Assembly (NCBI GenBank): GCA_035641035.1
Contig: DASQVA010000033.1
Location: 737-64,736, forward strand
Source of the DNA: Rubrobacter sp.
GTDB taxonomy: Bacteria > Actinomycetota > Rubrobacteria > Rubrobacterales > Rubrobacteraceae
Direction: 5' to 3'
Length of the DNA stretch: 64,000 nt
Part shown: positions 31,554-41,238 of the stretch, piece by piece
Layout of the letters: each line of letters starts with the position of its first letter
How positions within the stretch are numbered: the stretch's first letter is position 1
The notes under the pieces: generated by a model
The model's database searches: none
The model's input: the letters and a program-made list of their open reading frames with translations, nothing else
What the model was told of the DNA's origin: nothing
Position numbers and translations under genes: made by a program

Positions 31554-32875
31554 TCTCCGACCGTCCCCCGCCGGCCGGGGAGCCCGTGCACCAGCCGGGT
31601 GAACGCCTCACCCCGCTCCGCGTACCCCTCGAACTGGTCGAAGCTCGCGCACCCCGGTGAGAGCAGAACAACGTCTCCCGGCCTCGCGAGAGACCCGGCC
31701 TCCGCGACGGCCCCCGCCAGATTCGGGGCACGGTAGACGACGCCTGACCACCCCTGTCCTTCGAGGTAGTCGGCGATGCGCGGCCCCGCCTCACCCTGGC
31801 ACACCACCGCCCGGCATCGGTTTAAATGAGCTAGTAACTCGGAGAAATCTGTGTCCTTCTCACTCCCACCCAGTATGAGCACCACGGGCGACTCGAAGCT
31901 GTTCAACGCCGCCGCGACGGCCGCGGGGTTGGTGGCCTTGGAGTCGTCGACGTAAGTCACGGCCCGGCGCTCGGCCACGATCTGCATGCGGTGCGCCTTG
32001 AGCCCGTAAACGAGAAGCCCGGCCCGGATGCCGCCCGGCGAAGCGCCAAGCCTCTGCGCCGCCGCCGCTGCGAACAGCGCGTTCTCGAGATTGGAGACGC
32101 CGGCGAAGCGCAACTCCGCCGTATCTACTAGGTGGGAGCTGCGAAGGAGCAGACGTCCGTCCCGAACTGCCGTGTCGCCCTCCCCGATGACGAGCGTTTC
32201 GGCTGCGAGGTCGGCACCGTATCCTACCGGATCGCGAGCGCTCACCAGCGCGAGGTCTCCTTCGCACTGTCCCTCGAATACGCGAAGTTTGTCGGCGGCA
32301 TACTCCTCGAAGGAGGCGTGCCAATTCAGGTGGTCGGGCCGCACGTTGAGGAGCGCCGCCACCTCGAAGCCGGGGCTTTTCAGGTAGTGGAGTTGGAAAG
32401 AGGAGACCTCCAGTACTAGTATACCTGCCTGCCGCGCCTCTTCGACGCAGCCGGTCAAGGCCCTCCAGGAGTTGCCGGCCCCGGCGTGTGGCACGTCTGA
32501 GGCGGCCAGCAAGGTCCGCAGCATGTCCACGACAGTCGTCTTGCCGTTCGTACCGGTGACGGCGGCCACGCGAACCCCGGGTCCAACCAGCTCCAGGCCG
32601 AGAGCGACCTCGGAGACTACGGGGACCCCGCGCTCCCGGGCGGCCCACAGTACGGGGTCCCGGGGATGAACGCCGGGGCTGACCACCACCCGGCCTGCGC
32701 CGTTAAGGACATCAGGACCCGCCTCAAGCACGCCCTCGACCCCCAAGTCGGCGAGGGTGTCGCGCAGTCGTTCGCTGTCTTGGGCGTCCGCCACGCGGAC
32801 CTCTTCGCCGCGTTCGGTCAGGGCTCTCGTGGCCGCGACACCCGATTCGCCGAGCCCGTACACGAGGGTCTTCAC
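31550..32875 (-). CDS. murD: UDP-MurNAc-L-Ala--D-glutamate ligase
   Basis: 'GTNGKTT', 'EVSSFQL', 'DDSKATN', 'SPGCASFDQF'; GTG 32875. Confidence 0.96.
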   Translation of the reverse strand: MKTLVYGLGESGVAATRALTERGEEVRVADAQDSERLRDTLADLGVEGVLEAGPDVLNGAGRVVVSPGVHPRDPVLWAARERGVPVVSEVALGLELVGPGVRVAAVTGTNGKTTVVDMLRTLLAASDVPHAGAGNSWRALTGCVEEARQAGILVLEVSSFQLHYLKSPGFEVAALLNVRPDHLNWHASFEEYAADKLRVFEGQCEGDLALVSARDPVGYGADLAAETLVIGEGDTAVRDGRLLLRSSHLVDTAELRFAGVSNLENALFAAAAAQRLGASPGGIRAGLLVYGLKAHRMQIVAERRAVTYVDDSKATNPAAVAAALNSFESPVVLILGGSEKDTDFSELLAHLNRCRAVVCQGEAGPRIADYLEGQGWSGVVYRAPNLAGAVAEAGSLARPGDVVLLSPGCASFDQFEGYAERGEAFTRLVHGLPGRRGTVGE

Positions 32876-32879
32876 CTGT

Positions 32880-33875
32880 TCACCCGACCGCGTTGTAGAG
32901 GAAGATGTAATAGAGAAAGAAGCCGAGGGCCGAGAACGCGGCCTGGACGATCCAGAACCGAACCACGATCTTGTTCTCTTCCCAACCCAAAAACTCGAAG
33001 TGGTGGTGGATCGGGGCCATTTTGAAGACCCGCCACCCGGTGACCTTGAAGACGAAGACCTGCACGATGACCGAGACCGCCTCCAGCACAAACAACCCGC
33101 CGATCACCGGCAGGAGTAGCTCCGTCTTGGTCAGTACGGCCGCGGCGGCGAGGACGCCCCCGATCGCAAGCGACCCCGTGTCCCCCATAAAGATGTCCGC
33201 GGGGTGGGAGTTGTACCAGAGGAACCCGATGATGGCGCCGACCATCGCCCCACAGATGAGCGCGACGTCGTACTGGCGCTCGAGGAAGGCGATGGCCGTG
33301 TAGACGACCAGGGCTATCGCCCCGGCACCGGCAGCGAGCCCGTCGAGGCCGTCCGTCAGGTTGACGGCGTTGGTCGTTCCGGCGATCACGAGCAACAAAA
33401 AGATGGAGAAGACCGCAAGCCCCACGATCCCCGGTCCCAACACCAGGCTGCGGTCGAAGTAAGGCACGAGCACGGTCTGGGTTACGCCAACGTACCGGAC
33501 CGCGATCACGTCGGCCAGGACGACCGCCAGGGTAAGCAGCAGGAATTTGTAGCGCGCGCTCAGGCCCTCTGGCCGCTTTTTCGAGATCTTCTGCCAGTCG
33601 TCGTACAGCCCTATTACTGCTACCACCGCGACTAGCAAGAGGGTCGCGAGCGTCGCCGCGTTGAACCGCGCCACCACCGCGAGCGCCCCCAGGAGTCCCA
33701 TCAGCATCACGACCCCGCCCATAGTCGGGGTGCCGGCCTTGATCAGGTGCGTCTGCGGCCCCTCTTCCCGCACGAACTGGCCGAACTTGCGCGACTGCAA
33801 GAACTCGATAAACGTCGAACCTAGCATCACGGTCACCAGGAACGCTACCGTCGCGGCGAGTACAACGCTAAACAA
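32880..33875 (-). CDS. mraY: Phospho-MurNAc-pentapeptide translocase
   Basis: 'KAGTPTMGG', 'NAVNLTDGLDG', 'FMGDTG', 'APIHHHFE'. Confidence 0.97.
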   Translation of the reverse strand: MFSVVLAATVAFLVTVMLGSTFIEFLQSRKFGQFVREEGPQTHLIKAGTPTMGGVVMLMGLLGALAVVARFNAATLATLLLVAVVAVIGLYDDWQKISKKRPEGLSARYKFLLLTLAVVLADVIAVRYVGVTQTVLVPYFDRSLVLGPGIVGLAVFSIFLLLVIAGTTNAVNLTDGLDGLAAGAGAIALVVYTAIAFLERQYDVALICGAMVGAIIGFLWYNSHPADIFMGDTGSLAIGGVLAAAAVLTKTELLLPVIGGLFVLEAVSVIVQVFVFKVTGWRVFKMAPIHHHFEFLGWEENKIVVRFWIVQAAFSALGFFLYYIFLYNAVG

Positions 33876-35241
33876 AAGCTAAACTGTCCCTCAACTTGCG
33901 GGTCAGGGCGTCGAGCCCCACCCCCCGCGAGCCCTTGACGATCAGGTAGTCGCCGCTCCTAAGCTCCGCCCGCAGAGCGTCGGCGGCGGTGCCCGCGTCC
34001 GGGTAGAAGAGCGTCGTGCCCGGGAAGGCTTCGGCGTACCAGCGGGCTTCGTCACCCACGCAGACGAGCAGGTCCACCCCCACCTCTGCGGCGAGTTTGC
34101 CGATCTCCCGGTGGTAGGCGCGGGCCCCGGCCCCAAGCTCGAACATGCCGCCGAGCGCCACGAGTAGACGCCGTTTCTGCCAGGCGGCCTGCTCCGCCCC
34201 GTACTTCAGGACGGCGGCCACCGCCGCCGGCGAGGCGTTGTAGGAATCGTCGTAGACCACGATATCCCCCCCCAGCTGGCTCACCTCGCCCCGAAGTCCT
34301 GCACGCCGCAGGTGCGAGAGGCCCCGGGCGCAGGTTTCCAGGTCGAGGCCGCAAGCGAGGGCTCCTCCGATCGCCGCCAGGAGTGGCTCGACCAGGTGGG
34401 TTCCGAAGACCGGGGAGCGGGCCTCCGCCGACCCGTCCCCGAAATGAACCACGAACCGGAGGCCCTCTTCACTCCCTTCCACCTCGGAGGCCCGGAGGTC
34501 CGCGGCCTCGCCACGCCCAAAGGTGATGCGCCGCTCCAGTTCTCGTCCCGGCCCAACCGCCCCCCCGGGCGCGCCCGCAGGAGAGATGAGGGTTCCGTCC
34601 TCGGGAAGGGCCAGGGCCAGCTCGCCTTTCGCGGCGGCCAGGGCTTCGAGCGTCCCGAAAGAGTCGAGGTGTACCGGCGAGATCGCGGTGAGGACTCCGA
34701 TTCTCGGGGGTGCTATGCTGCACAGGCGTTCGATGTCTCCTGCATGGGTGGCCCCCATCTCCAGGACCAGGATCTCGGTGCGCGGGTCGGCGGCCAGCAC
34801 CGTGAGGGGGAGCCCTATCTCGTTGTTAAAGTTCCCGGCCGTCGCCGAGACCCGCTTGCCCGCGTGGCGGAGCACGGTCGCGAGCGCATCCTTGGCCGTG
34901 GTCTTACCCACGGTACCGGTGATGCCGACCACTGTCGGTGAAGGCGCGTCTTCGCGCAGGAGCGTCCACCGGGCCAATCGCTGCATCGCCTCAAGGGGAT
35001 TTTCCACCACGAGCGTCGGCACCTCGAGCATGCGATCGGCGACCGTCGCCACCGCGCCGCGCAAGTGCGCCTCGGGGGCGAAGTTTGCCCCGTCCGTCCG
35101 GCCGCGCAGGGCGAAAAAGAGGTCCCCCTCTCGCACCTTTCGGGAGTCGAAGGTCGCGCCGCGCACCGCCTCGTCCCCGCGGCCAGCTGGCATACCGGTG
35201 TCGAGTACCCGCACGACCTCTTCGAGGGTGGTCGGCCTCAC
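33868..35241 (-). CDS. murF: UDP-MurNAc-tripeptide--D-Ala-D-Ala ligase
   Basis: 'GITGTVGKTT', 'NFNNEIGLP', 'DDSYNASP', 'VKGSRG'. Confidence 0.96.
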   Translation of the reverse strand: MRPTTLEEVVRVLDTGMPAGRGDEAVRGATFDSRKVREGDLFFALRGRTDGANFAPEAHLRGAVATVADRMLEVPTLVVENPLEAMQRLARWTLLREDAPSPTVVGITGTVGKTTAKDALATVLRHAGKRVSATAGNFNNEIGLPLTVLAADPRTEILVLEMGATHAGDIERLCSIAPPRIGVLTAISPVHLDSFGTLEALAAAKGELALALPEDGTLISPAGAPGGAVGPGRELERRITFGRGEAADLRASEVEGSEEGLRFVVHFGDGSAEARSPVFGTHLVEPLLAAIGGALACGLDLETCARGLSHLRRAGLRGEVSQLGGDIVVYDDSYNASPAAVAAVLKYGAEQAAWQKRRLLVALGGMFELGAGARAYHREIGKLAAEVGVDLLVCVGDEARWYAEAFPGTTLFYPDAGTAADALRAELRSGDYLIVKGSRGVGLDALTRKLRDSLAFV

Positions 35242-37079
35242 CGCACGCCCCCCTGCAGCGCGGGTTGCGAGGGTTCCCGGTCTGGGGGGACGTTGAAGTA
35301 GCCCAGGGTGAAGCTCATGACGTCGCGAAAGGCGGGGACGGCTACCAGCTCACCCCAATAAGAGGTCTCAGGCTCGTCGACGGCTATGAGGGTCACGTAC
35401 TCGGGGTCGGTGGCCGGAGCGAAGCCTACGAAGGAGGCCACGTATTCGTCGCCGTAGGTGCCTATCTCGGGGTCGACTTTTTGCGAGGTCCCTGTCTTGC
35501 CGGCCACCGTGTAACCGGGTATCCGGGCGAAGTGGCCCGACCCTTCGTCGACGACGCCCTGCAACATCCCGCGTACTATAGCCGAGGTCTCCTCGCTTAT
35601 CACCCGGGGTCCGGGGGTCGCAGGGGCCCCCTGCTTCGTTACGTGCGGCGTGACTCTGTGCCCCCCGTTGACGAGGGCGGCGTAGCCCGAGACCAGCTGC
35701 AACGGGGTCGCGGTGAGCCCCTGGCCTATGGGTATGTTACCGATCGAGACGCCGCTCCAGTCGTCGTAGGCCGGGACAATTCCGGAGTCCTCACCCCACA
35801 AATCGACGCCCGTGGCCTCGCCGAAACCGAAGGCGCGGATATAGTCGTGGAGCTCTTGTCCACCCAAGGCCTGGGCGATCTGGATGGCGCCGACGTTGCT
35901 CGATTCTCTCAGGACGTCGGCCGGTGCCATCACCTTGGTCGGGTGGTGCTGGGAGTCGTGGATCACGTGGTCCGCGACCTCCATGTGGTCGGGCACGACG
36001 AAGGTGCTCGTCGGCGTAACAGCGCCTTCCTCCAGGGCCGCCGCCACCGTGAAGGCCTTGAAGGTGGACCCCGGCTCGTAAGGATCGGTCAGGACCCGGT
36101 CACGCTGAGCCTCAGCGGAGGCCTCGCCGAACTGGTTGTTGTCGTAGCCGGGCGCATTGGCGAGCGCCACGACGCCCCCGTCGTCCGCGCGCATGACGAG
36201 GCCGACGGCGCTCTTTGCGCGGTGCTTCTCCACGGCCGACTCGAGCGCCTTTTCCAGCTCCTGCTGTACCGCGCTGTCCAGGGTCAGCGTCACGTCCTCG
36301 CCGCTTTTAAGCTCTTCGTCGTAGCGGGCCTCGACGCCGCCGAAGGCCTCGCCGTAGTCCCCCTGATACCCCGTGAGCTGGCTGGCGAGGGAGCCGTCGG
36401 GGTAGATCCTGACGGTGTCCGGGACCGTGGAGATGCCCGTGATGCCGAGATCCTCGACCTTCCGCGCGATCTCGGGCATAACGTCTACCGCGACTACGCT
36501 GTAGCCCCCGGGCCGGCCGCTGGCGTCCTTCTTGCTCAGCGACGCCCTCAACTCTTCCTCGCTCTGATCCGACCCGGGACCCAGCACCCCGACCAGCGCC
36601 CTCGCGGCTGCTTGTGGGTCTTCGATTTGGTAAGGCGTAGCGATGATGCACGCGGCCTCGAGGCTCGTCGCGAGCTCCCGGCCGTCGACGCTGATGATGC
36701 TGCCGCGGGCCGGTGGCGAGGGCGACACCTCTCCCCCGTCCTGCTCTGCGGCGAAAGCCTGGTACCTCTCGTCGTCGATGAGGCTGATGTGCACGGCCCG
36801 CCCTCCGAGGAGGAGGCCCGTCACCGCGAACACGGCGGCCACCATCCGCAATCGCCTGTGTCCCACGGTCCGACCTTCGCTGCCGGTAGAAGGGCCGCGA
36901 GAACCCCCGGCGCGTCTCCCGCGGGGGAGGGGTGTGACCCCGGCACCGGCGGCCTTGCCTTTGCCGGCCCGGGTGCGGAGGGGTGTTTTTGTGCCGCGGG
37001 CGTCCCTGACGTTTCCGGCCCTGGGCCGGTCAACGCGGCGGTCGTCCCCCTTCCTCTTCTCCCCTGCTCCGTGTCCCAT
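35238..37079 (-). CDS. ftsI: Class B penicillin-binding protein FtsI (start uncertain)
   Basis: SxxK 'GSTFK', SxN 'SSN', 'KTG'; follows ftsL. Confidence 0.93.
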   Translation of the reverse strand: MGHGAGEKRKGDDRRVDRPRAGNVRDARGTKTPLRTRAGKGKAAGAGVTPLPRGRRAGGSRGPSTGSEGRTVGHRRLRMVAAVFAVTGLLLGGRAVHISLIDDERYQAFAAEQDGGEVSPSPPARGSIISVDGRELATSLEAACIIATPYQIEDPQAAARALVGVLGPGSDQSEEELRASLSKKDASGRPGGYSVVAVDVMPEIARKVEDLGITGISTVPDTVRIYPDGSLASQLTGYQGDYGEAFGGVEARYDEELKSGEDVTLTLDSAVQQELEKALESAVEKHRAKSAVGLVMRADDGGVVALANAPGYDNNQFGEASAEAQRDRVLTDPYEPGSTFKAFTVAAALEEGAVTPTSTFVVPDHMEVADHVIHDSQHHPTKVMAPADVLRESSNVGAIQIAQALGGQELHDYIRAFGFGEATGVDLWGEDSGIVPAYDDWSGVSIGNIPIGQGLTATPLQLVSGYAALVNGGHRVTPHVTKQGAPATPGPRVISEETSAIVRGMLQGVVDEGSGHFARIPGYTVAGKTGTSQKVDPEIGTYGDEYVASFVGFAPATDPEYVTLIAVDEPETSYWGELVAVPAFRDVMSFTLGYFNVPPDREPSQPALQGGVR

Positions 37080-37449
37080 CCTCCCCTTCTCTCCCGTAGA
37101 ATTGCAAATCTTCGCTACCTGGTGCTCGCATACCCAGTTTCTCGGCCGCGAGCGGTCGGATCCGCTCTGCTCTGGACAGCTGCGCGACCCGGATTTCAAG
37201 GCTCTGCCCTTCTGCCCTGGCTCCGTCGAGATCGCCTTCGAGCTCTGCGACCCTCCCTTCGAGGCCGGCGGCGACCGTGTGCGAGTAGACGCTCCCCAGC
37301 ATCAACAGCACCGGCACCACCACCAGCACGGCGAACTGACGCCGCCCGACCACGTCTCGCGGCCGCCGGTCCGGACCTCGCTTGCGTACCGGCCGCGCCG
37401 GCTCCGTCGGGAGCGCGGCCAGGTACCTGCGTTGCGGCGCGGCCATCAA
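37030..37449 (-). CDS. ftsL: FtsL-like cell division protein
   Basis: TM plus coiled coil, 'QLSRAERIRPLAAEKLGM'; between rsmH and ftsI. Confidence 0.8.
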   Translation of the reverse strand: MMAAPQRRYLAALPTEPARPVRKRGPDRRPRDVVGRRQFAVLVVVPVLLMLGSVYSHTVAAGLEGRVAELEGDLDGARAEGQSLEIRVAQLSRAERIRPLAAEKLGMRAPGSEDLQFYGREGEDGTRSRGEEEGGRPPR

Positions 37450-38384
37450 GCACCGCCCCCAGCCGGCTCGGCGGTCCTTGTAGCCGCGCGGAGTCGGGCG
37501 GAAGCGCTACGCGGGTTCTCCTCCAACTCTCGTTCGGACGGCCTCCGGACGACGCCCCGCTGAAGTATCGGGCGTGCCCCGCACACACACAGAGGAAGCT
37601 CCGGGGGACAGACGCAGCGCCCCTCCCGCTCCGAGATGAAACGTTTGACGAGACGATCCTCGCCCGAATGGAACGTGATAACCACGAGCCTCCCGCCTGG
37701 GGAGAGGAGGCGCTCCGACGCCTCCAGCGCCCGCTCGAGCCCGCCCAGCTCGTCGTTGACGCGAACCCGCACGGCTTGGAAGACCCTCTTGGCCGGGTTC
37801 CCGCCCCTCTCCGTCCACCCGACGGCGGTGCGCACGGCTTCGTAGAGATCGGTCGTAACCCGCAGCGGCCGTCGCCGGACGACCTCCCGCGCCACCCGCT
37901 TGGCCTCCCCACGCGGTAGGTCCCCGTACTCGGAGAGCATTCGAGCCAGCTCGCCGGCGTCGACCGTGTTCAGAAACTCCGCCGCCGAGGGGCCAGAGGT
38001 TGAGTCCATCCGCATGTCCAGCGGACCCTCCCTCACGTAGGAGAACCCACGCGCCGGCTCGTTGATCTGAAAGCTGGAGAGCCCAAGATCGAACAGGACC
38101 GCGTCCGCGCGCTGCCCCACCTCGATCATCCCTAGCAACACCTTGTCGTAGCTCCCGGCGGCGAAGGCAAAGCGCGGGTCCCGGAGAAGTCTGGAGGCCC
38201 GACCCACTGCCTCGGGATCCCGGTCGACGGCGACGAGCCGGCCGCCGACCCCGAGCTCTGCCAATATGCGCCGGGAGTGCCCGCCGCCCCCGAACGTGGC
38301 ATCGACGACCGTATCGTCTGGGCTGAGGTCGAGGGCGGCGAGCGTCTCCTCCAACATGACGGGACGGTGACCGGCGACCATCAC
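37446..38384 (-). CDS. rsmH: 16S rRNA C1402 methyltransferase
   Basis: 'HRPVMLEE', 'DATFGGGGHS', 'DLGLSS', 'GPLDMRMD', 'NPRSASARLR'. Confidence 0.96.
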   Translation of the reverse strand: MMVAGHRPVMLEETLAALDLSPDDTVVDATFGGGGHSRRILAELGVGGRLVAVDRDPEAVGRASRLLRDPRFAFAAGSYDKVLLGMIEVGQRADAVLFDLGLSSFQINEPARGFSYVREGPLDMRMDSTSGPSAAEFLNTVDAGELARMLSEYGDLPRGEAKRVAREVVRRRPLRVTTDLYEAVRTAVGWTERGGNPAKRVFQAVRVRVNDELGGLERALEASERLLSPGGRLVVITFHSGEDRLVKRFISEREGRCVCPPELPLCVCGARPILQRGVVRRPSERELEENPRSASARLRAATRTAEPAGGGA

Positions 38385-38821
38385 CCGCCGAGCTCCCTTC
38401 CTGCGAACTCCTCGACGATCTCCATGAAAGAGTCGTCGGCGCCGGAGACGTAGCGGTCCCACTCTTCGGTGTCCCAGATCTCCAAACGGTCGTCCACCCC
38501 GGTAACGGTCACGTCGCGGCGCAGCCCAGCGTACCGTGCGAGCTTGGTCGGGATCAGAACCCTCCCCTGCCGGTCGAGCGTCGCCTCGAAGGCCATGGAG
38601 AAAAACATCCGCGAGAGCTGCCGACCCCGCGCCGAAAAGTCCGCGTTGGCCTTTATGTTGGCCTTGAACGCGGCCCACTCCTCGGGCGGAAAGGCGAACA
38701 GGCACCGGTCTACCCCCTTGGTAACGATTATCCCGCCCTCGAAGTAAGACCGGAGACGGGAGGGGAGGGTCAGGCGTCCTTTCTCATCCAGAGTGTGCTC
38801 ATACTCGCCTAGAAGGGCCAG
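38381..38821 (-). CDS. mraZ: Transcriptional regulator MraZ (CTG start)
   Basis: Manual translation '(M)ALLGEYEHTLDEKGRLTLP...LDRQGRVLIP...LEIW'; two DxxGR motifs; in-frame TAG five codons upstream of the CTG. Confidence 0.93.
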   Translation of the reverse strand: MALLGEYEHTLDEKGRLTLPSRLRSYFEGGIIVTKGVDRCLFAFPPEEWAAFKANIKANADFSARGRQLSRMFFSMAFEATLDRQGRVLIPTKLARYAGLRRDVTVTGVDDRLEIWDTEEWDRYVSGADDSFMEIVEEFAGRELGG

Positions 38822-38832
38822 GGCCTCGTCCT

Positions 38833-38857
38833 CCCACTACGCTCCACTTCGACCCAC
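38833..38857 (-). promoter_or_regulatory. Three MraZ-binding boxes
   Basis: GTGGG / GTGGA / GTGGG with exact 10-bp period directly upstream of mraZ. Confidence 0.85.
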
Positions 38858-38867
38858 AACTGGCGAA

Positions 38868-38896
38868 ATTCTTGCATATGCACATAAAATTAGCAA
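38868..38896 (-). promoter_or_regulatory. Putative sigmaA promoter of the dcw cluster
   Basis: TTGCTA-N17-AAGAAT with TG extension, in an AT-rich patch. Confidence 0.5.
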
Positions 38897-39043
38897 TCTG
38901 ATCCGCCCGAAAGCCGGTTCACCGCCCTCGTTTCACGCATTTTGCCTCTATGACCCTACTCCCTAGGGTATAGGACCCCTATAGAAGTTAGCGGCTTCAA
39001 GCAAGGGCCCGGGATTAGTCGAGGATCAGTCGGAGAAACAGCG

Positions 39044-39090
39044 GTGCAACATGTTGGAACGGTTTTTCGCGAGGCCCCTACATGTTGGGG
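39044..39090. promoter_or_regulatory. Tandem NrdR-box-like palindromes
   Basis: GTG-CAACATGTTG-GAA (core starts 39047) and CCC-CTACATGTTG-GGG (core starts 39078), 31 bp apart. Confidence 0.55.
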
Positions 39091-39152
39091 CTTTGCAAAG
39101 TAGGTGGGCGTTATGCTGAAGGCTACCAGTAGATTTGGTGGTTCGGCAATCT

Positions 39153-39229
39153 TGGTGGGCCCACCAGGACTCGAACCTGGGACCGTCCGATTATGAGTCG
39201 GATGCTCTAACCAACTGAGCTATGGGCCC
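39153..39229 (-). tRNA. tRNA-Ile2 (CAT anticodon, lysidine type; elongator Met not excluded)
   Basis: GGGCCCA...CTCATAA...GTTCGAGTCC...TGGGCCCACCA cloverleaf, CCA encoded. Confidence 0.9.
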
Positions 39230-39256
39230 TATCGGGTACCGGGACGGTACCGTTAG

Positions 39257-39329
<73 letters not shown>

Positions 39330-39344
39330 AGGTTTGCGCCAAAG

Positions 39345-39373
39345 ATTATACGGTGTGGTTGTTCTGGCTTCAA
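39345..39373 (-). promoter_or_regulatory. sigmaA promoter of the tRNA pair
   Basis: TTGAAG-N17-TATAAT, overlapping the dnaG stop. Confidence 0.8.
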
Positions 39374-41124
39374 GCGCGGGAGGCGACGGCGCGGAGGGCG
39401 TCCTTGAGGGTTTGTATCTCGGATTGAAGGGCATCTTTACGGTCGTAGTCCGACGTCTCACGCTTGCGGCGCTCGCGGCTCAGGATCCCGAGCCGCAACC
39501 ACGCCTCCCGGATGGAGGTTTCGGACGGGTAGAGCTTCTCGCCCCGGGCTGCGAGAGCCCCGATCCGGTCCATCAGCGGCCGGGCCTTCTCGTCCAGTAG
39601 CACCGCACCAAGGCCGCTGCCCGCGTGCTCGCGCAGCAAGGCAAAGATACGGGCCTGGTTATCCTCCCGGAAATCCTCTGTGTGCAGCGCGAAAGGTTCG
39701 GCTAGCGCGGACACTCTTATTCCGTGCTGGAGGGCATCCGTCGAGAGCTCCGGACGGGCAAGGACGAGGGCGAGGACCGCGCTACCCGCCTCCGTGTGCG
39801 AGTCCGAGCGACGGTTCCTGCGAGGGGAGGCCGGTTCGGTGGCCGGCTCCGCCTCCAAAACCGCGGGGTTGACGCCAAGGGCCTCCGTAGCGAGACGCAG
39901 GGCTTCGCGATGGAGGACGGGGTCTGTGATCTTCTGAATCATGCTCTTCACTTCGGGGACTGCGCGGGAGCGCTCCGTGGCACCCGCGCCGCGCGTACGC
40001 TCTACGATGCGGCGGATGCCGTACTCGAGGATGGGCACGGCCCTATTTAGAAGCCGGGCGAACTCCTCCGGCGGGTGGCCGCGAAGCCAGTCCGCAGGGT
40101 CTTCGGGGAGTCGCAGAACCCGAAGATCCAACTTTAGATCGGCGGCGGTCGCCGCTGCCCGCTCTATGGCCCTCTCCCCAGCCGCGTCTGGATCGAAGAG
40201 CACATAGATCCTGTCGGCGTAGCCGCTGAGCTTGCGCAAATGACCGGGGGTAGTCGCCGTCCCCAGGGTCGCAACGGTATTCTTGATCCCCGACTGATAG
40301 AGCATCAAAACATCGGTGTAACCCTCGACTACGAGCGCCGCGCGTTCCCTACGAACGGCCTCTAAAACCTGCGGAAACCCGTAGAGTAAATCTCGCTTGT
40401 TGAAGACATCCGTCTCGGGAGAGTTGAGGTACTTGGGTTGCGCGTCGCCCAAAGCCCGGGCTCCGAAACCCACGATCCTCCCCCGCTGGTCGGAGATAGG
40501 GAAGGCAATCCTCCCCGCGAACCGCTCCCCACCCCGCGAGGACACGAGCCCCGCCGCATCGAGGGTCTCGGAGTCGAAACCCAGCTTCCTCGCCGCACCT
40601 AGAAACCCCGAGCTACCCCGCTGCGGCGCGTACCCTAGGCGAAATTCTTCTATAGTAGAAAGCTCCAGCCTGCGGCTTTTCAGGTAGCGACGGGCTTGCT
40701 CCGCATCGGGAGTCTGGGCTCTCAGCAGGTACTTATGGTAGTAGACTGCCGCGGCCGCCAAGGCCTTGTGCATCTTTCGGCGACGATCGGCCCGTACCTT
40801 TGCGGCCCCTGCCTCACCCCCACCTTCGAACTGCAGGTCGATGCCGGACCTCTCGGCGAGGTAAGAGACGGCTTCAGCGAAGTCGAAGGATTTGAGGTCC
40901 ATAATGAGCTTGATGGGGTCGCCGCCTCTCTGGCAGCCGAAACAGTAGTAAAAGTCCCGATCCGGGGCGACACTGAAGGACGGGGTCTTCTCCTCATGGT
41001 CCGGGTAGGGACAGAGGCCGACAAAGCGAGCTCCCCGCCGGCGGAGGGCCGTGAACTCCGAGGTCACCTCGACGATGTTCGCCGCCTCCCTGACCTCTTC
41101 GATGCTTCGTTGTGCGATCCTCAA
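39370..41124 (-). CDS. dnaG: DNA primase
   Basis: CHC2 zinc finger 'CPYPDH...CFGC', 'KYLNSPET', 'VEGYTD', Toprim 'FDPDAAG'. Confidence 0.97.
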   Translation of the reverse strand: MRIAQRSIEEVREAANIVEVTSEFTALRRRGARFVGLCPYPDHEEKTPSFSVAPDRDFYYCFGCQRGGDPIKLIMDLKSFDFAEAVSYLAERSGIDLQFEGGGEAGAAKVRADRRRKMHKALAAAAVYYHKYLLRAQTPDAEQARRYLKSRRLELSTIEEFRLGYAPQRGSSGFLGAARKLGFDSETLDAAGLVSSRGGERFAGRIAFPISDQRGRIVGFGARALGDAQPKYLNSPETDVFNKRDLLYGFPQVLEAVRRERAALVVEGYTDVLMLYQSGIKNTVATLGTATTPGHLRKLSGYADRIYVLFDPDAAGERAIERAAATAADLKLDLRVLRLPEDPADWLRGHPPEEFARLLNRAVPILEYGIRRIVERTRGAGATERSRAVPEVKSMIQKITDPVLHREALRLATEALGVNPAVLEAEPATEPASPRRNRRSDSHTEAGSAVLALVLARPELSTDALQHGIRVSALAEPFALHTEDFREDNQARIFALLREHAGSGLGAVLLDEKARPLMDRIGALAARGEKLYPSETSIREAWLRLGILSRERRKRETSDYDRKDALQSEIQTLKDALRAVASRA

Positions 41125-41238
41125 TACCGGTTCCCCGTTATACCGATGTACAAATATCGCCGTCCCGCGGTGGTCCGAACCGAGGGTAATGTTACCCTAC
41201 CAACCGTGGATATCCGCGCTCGATCTATGGAGACACCG

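Noticed and set aside
34938-37919. 993-aa plus-strand ORF
   Set aside because: Antisense shadow of ftsI/ftsL/rsmH; Arg/Gly/Pro-rich with no motifs; typical of high-GC codon bias.
38385-38705. Apparent mraZ-overlapping extension of rsmH
   Set aside because: Out-of-frame overlap with mraZ; RsmH homology begins at 38384/38381.
38900-39152. Possible integrated element or att site at the tRNA 3' end
   Set aside because: No duplicated tRNA 3' end and no integrase seen in the window.
39235-39251. GGTACC-N5-GGTACC hairpin between the tRNAs
   Set aside because: Short spacer stem, consistent with ordinary tRNA precursor processing.
40696-41238. About 180-aa N-terminal extension of PEP carboxylase in the ORF track
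   Set aside because: Overlaps dnaG on the opposite strand; an SD-led ATG at 41239 matches normal PEPC length.
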